Shown piece by piece: positions 50,781 through 58,705 of a DNA stretch of 58,705 bases. The stretch is from Candidatus Brocadiia bacterium (lineage in GTDB: Bacteria; Planctomycetota; Brocadiia; SM23-32): the NCBI GenBank assembly GCA_046538485.1, contig JBKHIT010000028.1:1-58705 (forward strand), in the 5' to 3' direction. A model generated the notes under the pieces. It made no database searches, was not told where the DNA came from, and worked only from the letters and a program-made list of their open reading frames with translations. A program made the position numbers and the translations under genes. The number at the start of each line of letters is the position of its first letter. The stretch's first letter is position 1.

Positions 50781-52079
50781 ATGGGCCTGCCGGACCGGAT
50801 TTTGCCTGAAAAAACGAAACGTTCGAAATCCCGGGCCATTGTGCAGGGCATATCGGAATGGATGTGCTATTACGCGAACTACGGGTTGGAGTGTCCCGGT
50901 GTGTCGGCGATCGATGAGTGTATCGAAAGACAGCTGGAGAAGGGCATCGATCAGATTGTGTGGAACTGCGGTCGGTCGGTGGTCGACTACTGGTCGGATC
51001 TTTCTCACACGACGGAAATGTGTGAGGAGGGCCCGGTTGTTGGGGGGCAGGACTGGTCATTTGTGCGCGAGGTTATGGACCGCGTTTGCCCTCTGAGTCG
51101 GGCGATTGAGATATGTCGGCGCAAAGGTGTAATTGTGCTCGGGCGTTTGGGTATGAACCGGCATTACGGCGGTGAGAATCATAAAGGAGTTACCTCCCGG
51201 TTTGCGCGGGAACATCCGGAATGGCATGAAAAGACGCGGCCCGGCAAAAGAGTTCCGAGCAAGCTGTGTTATGGCATTGAGGAGGTCCGCCGGGAACGGA
51301 TTGATATTCTTCTTGAGATTCAACGTGTCGGCGTCGACGCTCTGGTGCTTGATTTTTGCCGTCAGGTGCCCATTTTACTCTATCATGATTCTCTGGTGGA
51401 AAGGTATCTGGAGGAGACGGGTGAAGATCCTCGCAAGATCATCTCGATAGAACCTGAAGAACACCGTGAGTGGTTTCAGTGGCGGGCGGATATTTTGACC
51501 GGGTTTATGGAAGAACTTCGGCAGGAGGTGCGGGATCAGGAAAAGAAACTTGGGCGAGAGTGCCAGATCATTGCGCGTGTCCCCGACAGTGTGGAATGGG
51601 TCAACGTTGCGTGTGGGCTTGACGTGGAACGCTGGTGCCGGAGGGATTTAATTGATGCGACGATGCTCAGCCCATTTCCGATTTGCATCGACGATCCAGA
51701 ACGCGCCCCAGAATGGCATGCGAAAACTGCTCATCGTTACGGAAAATCATGTATTGGTGGTATTGGGTCGTTAAAGCTTATCCGCAACGGTGAGACGCGC
51801 AATACCGGTTTCTACCATCCCCAGCCGGTTTACGAACTTGCGCGGGAACAGTACGAAGCCGGAGTTGATGCCATGAGTTTGTACCAGAGTGAGACCCTCG
51901 TGCGGATGGATTATCTGAGTGAGTTTCTCAAAGACCTGGGCGAAAGATCTATTGTGGCAGAAAAGGCCAGAGGGCTACCTCGACCGAAATTGCCGGAAGA
52001 CTATATGATAGGAATGGACTGGCACACCCGGCCGCGTCACAGCGTGAGCGTTGAGAAAGCAGGGGATGATGCGTTTTGA
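50781..52079 (+). CDS. GHL10/DUF187-like TIM-barrel putative glycoside hydrolase
   Basis: FAREHPEW, LCYGIEEVR, VDALVLDFCR and WFQWRADILTGF motifs; GGAG RBS. Confidence 0.75.
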   Translation: MGLPDRILPEKTKRSKSRAIVQGISEWMCYYANYGLECPGVSAIDECIERQLEKGIDQIVWNCGRSVVDYWSDLSHTTEMCEEGPVVGGQDWSFVREVMDRVCPLSRAIEICRRKGVIVLGRLGMNRHYGGENHKGVTSRFAREHPEWHEKTRPGKRVPSKLCYGIEEVRRERIDILLEIQRVGVDALVLDFCRQVPILLYHDSLVERYLEETGEDPRKIISIEPEEHREWFQWRADILTGFMEELRQEVRDQEKKLGRECQIIARVPDSVEWVNVACGLDVERWCRRDLIDATMLSPFPICIDDPERAPEWHAKTAHRYGKSCIGGIGSLKLIRNGETRNTGFYHPQPVYELAREQYEAGVDAMSLYQSETLVRMDYLSEFLKDLGERSIVAEKARGLPRPKLPEDYMIGMDWHTRPRHSVSVEKAGDDAF

Positions 52080-52231
52080 GAATCTTAGCGGAGAAATGAG
52101 ATCCGTTTGTTCTTGGGTAATGGGGCGGATCTTTTCTGTTCTTTTGAACGTATCATTGAATCATGAAGGGCAGATCTGTATGGTCACGCTGTTCAGATTC
52201 ATTTTGTTTTGTTCTTTGGCCCGGACCCATT

Positions 52232-53185
52232 ATGAATCCTGCCATTAAAGTTTTGTTTTTTTTTGTGGATCTCGTCCTACCGGTATTCGTTGGATACATG
52301 TTGGTTCGGAAAAGCCGACTGCGGCCAAAGTCAATGGACTGGATGATGACCGCTGCGATCGTGGGCGTGCTTCCATTCCTGGCGTGGCTCAGCTGCTGGG
52401 CTATCGAACTTGAGATGCGACTTATCTGGTTGCCTGTGCTTGGCGTTGTTATGCAGATAGTGCCGGGAACCCTCGGGTTCATGCGGTCGCACTTCAAATC
52501 CCATAACGAACTGGAACGTGGCAGTTACGTCATATCGACGATTCTTTCCAACAGGGGAGTTGTTGGCGGGCTGGCCGTATTTATTCTTTTCGGGGAAGAA
52601 GCTTACGGGTATAACCGGCTGATTATTCTGCTCGGGCTGCCGATTATGCTCGGCGTGTGGTATCCATTGGCACGTTATTTTCACTCAAGCCACTACGAAA
52701 GTTCCGGCCAGGAATCGTTCCTTTCGATGTTTGTCGATAAAAAACAAATACCTCTGCTGGGTGTGGGGCTCGGCTTTGCGCTCAGCGCGTTCGGCGTCGA
52801 ACGACCTGAGATTCTGGGGCTGGCATTTCAAGGATTGGTCCATTTCATCCCGTGGATGCTGCTGCTTCCCGTCGGCGCTTCCCTGGATTTCAGGGCGATG
52901 TCCGAATACTGGCGCGACATCCTGGATATTTTCCCGCTGAAATTTGTCATTACACCGCTCGTTCTGTACGCTCTGGGCAGGTTGGTCGGACTGGAGGGTG
53001 TGCCGCTGGCGACGGTTGTGGTGACGGCCGCCTCTCCCACGGCCATTAATGCTGTCATAACCAGTAAACTTTTCAAACTGAATTTACACGTGGCGATGAC
53101 GGCCTTTGTGCTGACCACGATCGCGTATCTGACGGTGATGTTTCCCATTTTTCTGGTCGGGAGCTGGCTGTGGGGAACCCCATAG
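52232..53185 (+). CDS. AEC (auxin efflux carrier/malate permease-like) transporter
   Basis: About 10 hydrophobic helices; SNRG..GG, LKFVITP and ASPTAINA motifs; start could be 52163. Confidence 0.8.
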   Translation: MNPAIKVLFFFVDLVLPVFVGYMLVRKSRLRPKSMDWMMTAAIVGVLPFLAWLSCWAIELEMRLIWLPVLGVVMQIVPGTLGFMRSHFKSHNELERGSYVISTILSNRGVVGGLAVFILFGEEAYGYNRLIILLGLPIMLGVWYPLARYFHSSHYESSGQESFLSMFVDKKQIPLLGVGLGFALSAFGVERPEILGLAFQGLVHFIPWMLLLPVGASLDFRAMSEYWRDILDIFPLKFVITPLVLYALGRLVGLEGVPLATVVVTAASPTAINAVITSKLFKLNLHVAMTAFVLTTIAYLTVMFPIFLVGSWLWGTP

Positions 53186-53216
53186 ACAGCACAATGCGTA
53201 CGAGAAGGAGGAAATA

Positions 53217-53984
53217 ATGCGAAAAGGAAACTTCCGAAAAGCTCTTCTGCGGGGGGACACAACCTTCGGCACGTGGATCCAGATTGGAGATGGGACCGTC
53301 GCTGAAATTCTGGCTGAGGTCGGCTACGACTGGGTGGCTGTGGACTGCGAGCATACTGGAATCGACGTTGAAGGTTTTACGAACATTGCCCGAGCAATGT
53401 TCGGGCGGGGCGTGACACCACTTGTTCGGGTACGGGAGAACGACACTCTCGCGATCCGCCAGGTGCTTGATGCAGGCGCGGAAGGAGTGATCGTGCCTCT
53501 GATCAATACCGCAGACGAGGCGGCCCGAGCTGTGGCTGCTGCCAGATACCCGCCCGAGGGGGTGCGGGGATTCAGTTTTTCACGAATGAACAACTGGGGC
53601 CAGGATTTCGACCGGTACGCCGAAACCGCAAATGAAAATACCGCCGTGATCGTGATGATCGAGTCACAACAGGCCGTGGAAGATATCGAGGATATTCTCG
53701 CCGTGGAAGGTGTGGACGGCGTCTTTATCGGTCCCTATGACATGAGTGGCTCATACGGCGTCCCGGGGCAGACCGACCACCCTGCGGTGAGAGAAGGATG
53801 CCGGAAGGTCGTGACAGCCTGCCAGAACGCCGGCAAAGCCGCCGGGCTTCACGTTGTCCGCCCCGAAGCGGAAAAAATTGAGCGGGCGATAGAAGACGGC
53901 TACACTCTCATCGCACTGGGGGTTGATACGGTTTTCCTGGCCCGGGAGGCCCAAAAAGCCCTGAAAATTGCCCGTCATCGTTAA
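53217..53984 (+). CDS. HpcH/HpaI family aldolase (2-keto-3-deoxy sugar-acid aldolase-like)
   Basis: DCEH, LDAGAEGVIVP, YPPEGVRG, MIES and FIGPYDMS motifs. Confidence 0.93.
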   Translation: MRKGNFRKALLRGDTTFGTWIQIGDGTVAEILAEVGYDWVAVDCEHTGIDVEGFTNIARAMFGRGVTPLVRVRENDTLAIRQVLDAGAEGVIVPLINTADEAARAVAAARYPPEGVRGFSFSRMNNWGQDFDRYAETANENTAVIVMIESQQAVEDIEDILAVEGVDGVFIGPYDMSGSYGVPGQTDHPAVREGCRKVVTACQNAGKAAGLHVVRPEAEKIERAIEDGYTLIALGVDTVFLAREAQKALKIARHR

Positions 53985-54258
53985 AGTCCGCATTGCTGGC
54001 TATGTTCTCCTGTAAAACGGCAGGAAACGCCCGGCGATTCTCTGGACGTGAAAGGAGAATGTAGAGGGGAGACCGCAGGAGAGAGCGTTTTGTTGAGCAT
54101 TTTTTTGTGGAAGCTTCTGTTTTTGCTGTATTTCCTCTCCACTTGCTACTTTCTCCTGCTCTACCGATTTGATCTTCGCAAAATGAAATCGGTTGCCCTA
54201 CCTGTGCGTAATACACCGGATATGGGTTTCGGGTCCGATACCTTTCTCCCTCAAAACG

Positions 54259-54288
54259 TTGAAATACTGATACGAGACCGCTTAGACT
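54259..54288 (+). promoter_or_regulatory. Sigma70-like promoter
   Basis: TTGAAA-N18-TAGACT. Confidence 0.5.
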
Positions 54289-54294
54289 TGGTGG

Positions 54295-54445
54295 TAAGGT
54301 GCCGACGTGGAGTAGGATCAGTGGGTGCCTCCCGTCGGAGTCTGAGCCCGGACTGAAGTGGTCTGAAAGACCACGCAGACCCGGGTTGCGGGGAAGCACA
54401 AGATATTGCGGGCTCCGCGGCTGCGGGGAGCCGCCTCAATTGGCT
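54295..54445 (+). ncRNA. Unassigned structured RNA (nested stems with internal loops)
   Basis: Pairings found by eye: GCCG..TGGAGT/GCTCCGCGGC; GTGCCTCCC/GGGAAGCAC; AGCCCGG/CCGGGTT; GTGGTCT/AGACCAC. Confidence 0.45.
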
Positions 54446-54603
54446 GTTTTGTGGGAAACGCATTGGGCAATCAAATCCTGGGATATTCATCGCGGACCGC
54501 CTGGAGCCGCACAGGGCAGATGATGCAGAAGAACAAAGCAGGAAGATCTGTTGGCTGACTTTTGATCCAAAACGGACAGAAATAGTTTTGCAAGGAGTCG
54601 ACG

Positions 54604-56766
54604 ATGAGTGTTGCTGAGTTTTATGTCGCACCCGATGGAAACGATGAATGGTCCGGTCTTCTGGAATCACCCCGGTCCGACGGTCAGGACGGCCCTTTTG
54701 CCACATTTGACCGTGCACGCCGCGCCGTGCGTGAGCTTCTGGATTCGGGGCTGGATCGGGATGTCATAGTTTTTCTTCGTGGCGGACTCTACGAAGTGGG
54801 CGAAACGGTAGTATTCAGGCCTGAAGACTCGCCGACGAAACGCTTTTCAGTCACCTACGCCGCCTACCCCGGCGAGAGGCCGGTTCTGAGCGCTGCGGAG
54901 AAAATCGACCAGTGGCGTCCACTTCCTGAAAACGAAGTGCCGGCGGGAATGCCAGAGAAAGCTGCCAAAAATGTATGGATCGCCGACCTCGACGAGGTGC
55001 GCGATGGCCGGTGGCGTTTTCATGCCCTGTATGACGGAGAAAAACGCTTGCCCCGGGCGAGCACCGAGTCTTTTGAACCATTGACGCCGGAACAAGAGGG
55101 GGAGCTGAAGGATAAGCGGACGCTGTATTTCCCCGAGGGACAGCTCCGTCGATGGCCTCACCTCGAAGATGTCGAACTGGTCATCCGGCCCCATCACCCC
55201 TGGGTGTTGAATATTCTTGGAATCGAAGAAGTTGACGAGGAGGAGGGCGTTGCCCGCACAACGATCCCCGGGACCTACGAACTGCGTCCCGTCTCAAAAT
55301 GGGCGAGGGGACCCGAAGGATTGGCGGGGCCGGCGTGGGTCGAAAACGTGCCGGAGGGAATGACAGCACCCGGCCGGTGGTTTCTGGACGGCCGGTTGGG
55401 ACGCCTTTACTTCTGGCCCCGCGGAGAGGAACCCGGCCAGGATATTCGCGCCGCACGGACCCGCGAGGTCATCCGGATCGACGGCGGGGAACAGCCCGAC
55501 AGGCCGGTCCGCCATCTGGTCTTCGACGGAATTACGTTCACGCACGGCGACCGGGATGTGTGGGCCGAAGGCGATGCCGGGATCCAGCACGACTGGGAGA
55601 TGCTTGATAAAGACAACGCTCTGGTCCGATTTCGGGGGGCCGAAGATTGCCGGGTGAAGGATTGCACTTTCAGAAACAGTGCAGGAACGGGGGTGCGGCT
55701 GGATCTGCACTGTCAGCACAACACCGTCGAAAGTTGCGAATTCGCGCATCTGGGCGGCACGGGCATCCTCCTGTGCGGGTTCGGACCCGGCCACCTTGAC
55801 GTGAACCATGACAACGATATTCTGGACAACCACGTCCACCACTGCGGCGGGATCTACTGGCATAATGCCGGCATATTCGTCTGGCAGAGCGGTCATAACC
55901 GGATCGCGCACAACCTTGTTCATGACACGCCCTATAACGCGCTTGTTTTGAGCGGCGTTCGGCCGGGATTCTTTACTCAACCCGAGCGGCGGGAATGCGG
56001 ACGGACGATCCGGTTCGATGAGATCGGCGGCCCGGGCAGGAAACCGTATGAGGATATACAGTCCCTGCTGCACTGCCGCGACAATCTGGTGGAATACAAT
56101 GAAATCCACTCCGCAGTACAGACGCTCTGGGATGGGAACGGAATCTATATCTCCGGGACCGGGCCGGGAAATGTCGTCCGTCGGAATTATTTGCATGACA
56201 TTCTGGGACGCGGGACGATGTCAGCTCTGCGGATGGATGACTGGCAGATGGAAACGCTGATTGAGGAGAACGTCATCTGGAATTGTGTCAATGTGGGGAT
56301 CATCCTGAAAGGGGTGAACCGGATCGAGCGAAATATCATCGCCGGGATGTCAGAGGTCGATCAGAATGGTTTTGAAGCGCCCGTGAAAGGCTATATCGCG
56401 TTGCGTCACACCGGCGATCCGACCAGCGAAGATTCGCGGATTCGGGGGAACATCTTCTGTCACCGGGGCGAGGGCGCTCCGTTCTACGAGGAAGATCGGG
56501 CGCCGATTGCACTTTCGGATCTCGATGTGGATTTCAACCTGTACTTCTCCGCAGATGACATGAAGGCGGTTGAGCAGGATCTGGAAGAGCGACGGGAGAG
56601 GGGACTCGATACTCACGGAATTGTCGCCGATCCAGAATTCGCCGACTTCGAGAGCGGCGATCTTCGGATAGCCGCAGATTCTCCAATATGGAAGGTCCTG
56701 AGCGAGCAATTCAACATTTCACTCGCCGGACAGAGACTGTGGTCTACGGGGGAGGGGGAACAATAA
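54604..56766 (+). CDS. Right-handed parallel beta-helix protein (GH141-like)
   Basis: FYVAPDGNDEWSG, DGPFAT, YAAYPGERPVLS and repeated N-x-I-x-x-N-x-V-H-D coils; AAGGAG RBS. Confidence 0.88.
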   Translation: MSVAEFYVAPDGNDEWSGLLESPRSDGQDGPFATFDRARRAVRELLDSGLDRDVIVFLRGGLYEVGETVVFRPEDSPTKRFSVTYAAYPGERPVLSAAEKIDQWRPLPENEVPAGMPEKAAKNVWIADLDEVRDGRWRFHALYDGEKRLPRASTESFEPLTPEQEGELKDKRTLYFPEGQLRRWPHLEDVELVIRPHHPWVLNILGIEEVDEEEGVARTTIPGTYELRPVSKWARGPEGLAGPAWVENVPEGMTAPGRWFLDGRLGRLYFWPRGEEPGQDIRAARTREVIRIDGGEQPDRPVRHLVFDGITFTHGDRDVWAEGDAGIQHDWEMLDKDNALVRFRGAEDCRVKDCTFRNSAGTGVRLDLHCQHNTVESCEFAHLGGTGILLCGFGPGHLDVNHDNDILDNHVHHCGGIYWHNAGIFVWQSGHNRIAHNLVHDTPYNALVLSGVRPGFFTQPERRECGRTIRFDEIGGPGRKPYEDIQSLLHCRDNLVEYNEIHSAVQTLWDGNGIYISGTGPGNVVRRNYLHDILGRGTMSALRMDDWQMETLIEENVIWNCVNVGIILKGVNRIERNIIAGMSEVDQNGFEAPVKGYIALRHTGDPTSEDSRIRGNIFCHRGEGAPFYEEDRAPIALSDLDVDFNLYFSADDMKAVEQDLEERRERGLDTHGIVADPEFADFESGDLRIAADSPIWKVLSEQFNISLAGQRLWSTGEGEQ

Positions 56767-56936
56767 AAGGGCTTAACCGCGCGCACAAAGCTCGCACTGC
56801 CGGCGACCAGTGACCCCAAATTTCAGCCTCTGCACCTTCCCCCACATCCTGCCGCCCGCAGCCCCCGCACGCAAAAAACGCCGGGTGGGGAGAGGTCGGC
56901 GGAGATGATTTTCCGGGGACAACATGTCGCGGAACG

Positions 56937-58292
56937 TCACTCTGTCTCTTCCGGCAGTTCCATCGACAGGTCTTCAAGTTTCACCCACAGGTAGCCCACG
57001 CCCGTGCTATTCTCGCCGCTGTGGCGCGCCCAGAGACTGATGCTGGTCACACCCTCGGGAAGCGTGATATCTCCGATCTCCCGTCCGGGACTCCTGTCAT
57101 CGGGGGCGGTTGTGGATTTGATCCATTTGCCTTCTGTCGTGTGATCCGCGTCGTAGCGCACGATTCGTCCCGCCTTCGGCCCGCTGCTGCCGTCCGGCAA
57201 AGCCGTCTTCCCCGCCATCTGCTTGGGCGTGAGATCTTTGCCCGCAGCACCGTCCGGGATCGCGTGGAAGGAAAACGCCCAGTCCCCTTCGGCCTCATCC
57301 TTCTTCAGCGTGCTGAGAATCACCGATACGCGGTACTTATGTCCGGGCGTCAGCCCGAGGAACTTCCGCCAGATCCCCCCGCTCACGCCTGCTGCTTTTG
57401 GCCTGATGATCTGGTAGAAGGGTTTTTCCTCAGGCTTCTTGACGGTGTGTCCCTCCAGGGCTTTCAGAACACGTTTCCTCGTCCCCTCACAAAGTTTCAG
57501 GTCTTCTTCTCGGGAGCCCCCATGAACCCATCCCAGCCAGTTTGGCGCCAGGCCGCCTGCAAAAGGAATTGCGTAGAGCTCTTCCTGGGAATGGCCATTG
57601 ATATGAACCGCCATTGCGGGCGATGGAGTCCCGCGAAACTCTACACCGGCGACTTCGGGATCAGAACGAGCCACATTGGTGTAACCTACTCCGAACCATC
57701 TGCGCCGATAAATGGGAGGAAGCCATTTCTCTTTTGATGTATCAAGATGAGTCCTATCCCCCTCGACCAGAAAGGTCTTGGTTGGAAAACCAATCTTGTC
57801 ATAGGGATCATCTCCGTTGCGCCAATGCAGGCGAACGTGTCTTCCCTGTTCATAAGAAGAGCCACTCAAAAACACCGGCGGAGCGGGCAAATCAAGCCCT
57901 CGTTCTGTGCCTCCAAACGTATAAACCTCCGAAGTAGAAAAGAAAAGGCAATTCCCCGCCCCAAGCGGCCCAAAGGCTCCCCAGTCACCGATTGCTTTTT
58001 TCTTCGCAGTTTCTTTGATCTTTTTTCCCACAGCCCTCGCTCCATCGCCGTTTTCTGTATTCACCAGCACATAGCACAATGAACCACCTCCCCACTCATT
58101 CTGTGGAATCCTATATGCGATAAGTTGGCCTCCCTCGGCTTTCCCTCGAAGACACACAGAAAAAATGGCTTCGGTGCCCTTACCATAAGTCTTAAGCTTG
58201 CCATTTGCAGACTCAATGTACAGCATGAAAATTGCAACAACAATGACAATGGAAGCCATTGTTAAGGTAACAATTCTTAGTAATCTACCCAT
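56937..58292 (-). CDS. Hypothetical membrane-anchored protein
   Basis: 451-aa ORF with N-terminal TM IVTLTMASIVIVVAIFMLYI; beta-rich C-terminal part. Confidence 0.7.
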   Translation of the reverse strand: MGRLLRIVTLTMASIVIVVAIFMLYIESANGKLKTYGKGTEAIFSVCLRGKAEGGQLIAYRIPQNEWGGGSLCYVLVNTENGDGARAVGKKIKETAKKKAIGDWGAFGPLGAGNCLFFSTSEVYTFGGTERGLDLPAPPVFLSGSSYEQGRHVRLHWRNGDDPYDKIGFPTKTFLVEGDRTHLDTSKEKWLPPIYRRRWFGVGYTNVARSDPEVAGVEFRGTPSPAMAVHINGHSQEELYAIPFAGGLAPNWLGWVHGGSREEDLKLCEGTRKRVLKALEGHTVKKPEEKPFYQIIRPKAAGVSGGIWRKFLGLTPGHKYRVSVILSTLKKDEAEGDWAFSFHAIPDGAAGKDLTPKQMAGKTALPDGSSGPKAGRIVRYDADHTTEGKWIKSTTAPDDRSPGREIGDITLPEGVTSISLWARHSGENSTGVGYLWVKLEDLSMELPEETE

Positions 58293-58334
58293 ATTTACCG
58301 TTCTCCCAAAAATGCCAATATAAAAAGGCGATTT

Positions 58335-58595
58335 CTACTCTTTCTCTTTCGGCCAATGTGCTGAGTCCAAGTAAGTACCGTAATTTATCATTCCGGGTGC
58401 AGTGGACATCTCAAACTTGCCTTGGCATTCTTCCCGCGGATCGAGATATGGCGGGAAGAAATCCCCCGGGGTCTCATAGTAGGTCTTTGTCCACATGTCA
58501 ATATTACCACGGACCGGTGTCTTTCCTTCCCACCGTTCAAACTGCCGTGTCACGAGATTTCCTCCGTAGACCATAAAGTAAGGGGGACGTACCAT
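58335..58595 (-). CDS. Small hypothetical protein or gene fragment
   Basis: 86-aa ORF co-oriented with and just upstream of the 451-aa gene; no motif recognised. Confidence 0.3.
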   Translation of the reverse strand: MVRPPYFMVYGGNLVTRQFERWEGKTPVRGNIDMWTKTYYETPGDFFPPYLDPREECQGKFEMSTAPGMINYGTYLDSAHWPKEKE

Positions 58596-58705
58596 CGCAT
58601 CTCGTTGCTCAGGATATCGTTACGTATTTTAAGGGGTCTCTCAGAGGGCTTAGCCTGACTTTACGACTTAGCACGGAACGCAGGGTGTATATGCTTCTAA
58701 ATCTC

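Noticed and set aside
54295..54445. Assignment as 6S RNA, SRP RNA, tRNA-Sec, or a ZTP, SAM, cobalamin or Mn riboswitch
   Set aside because: The hallmark conserved motifs of these families were not found by eye; left unassigned

Overview
Bacterial chromosomal segment of moderately high GC, most likely from the PVC superphylum (Planctomycetota/Lentisphaerae-like). That assignment is an inference from five 'FTLIELLVV(I/V)[10 protein letters not shown]'-type prepilin/DUF1559 genes, sulfatases and many large secreted carbohydrate-related proteins. Coding content is mostly glycan catabolism: GH36-like, GH32/43-like propeller, heparinase II/III-like, DUF4838, GHL10-like, beta-helix, esterase, sulfatase, three URO-D/MtaA-like paralogs, SDR, HpcH aldolase and an AEC transporter. 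Also present are gatB, DUF1846, an XRE-ImmA/IrrE pair and a metallophosphoesterase-TM-ComEA fusion. Many intergenic gaps are mosaics of several GTAG-type REP-like hairpin families. Best leads: (1) an internally deleted IS110 element at 10980-11881 that keeps both ends, a predicted circle-junction promoter and a bridge-RNA-like region with a guide matching its own donor junction; (2) the phosphoesterase/ComEA fusion; (3) a promoter-driven orphan structured RNA near 54295-54445; (4) a GntR-led operon of hypervariable DUF1559 pilins with an amber stop in the regulator and a homopolymer frameshift in one pilin. No rRNA, tRNA, CRISPR array or reverse transcriptase was seen. All family calls come from motif recognition by eye, not database searches.
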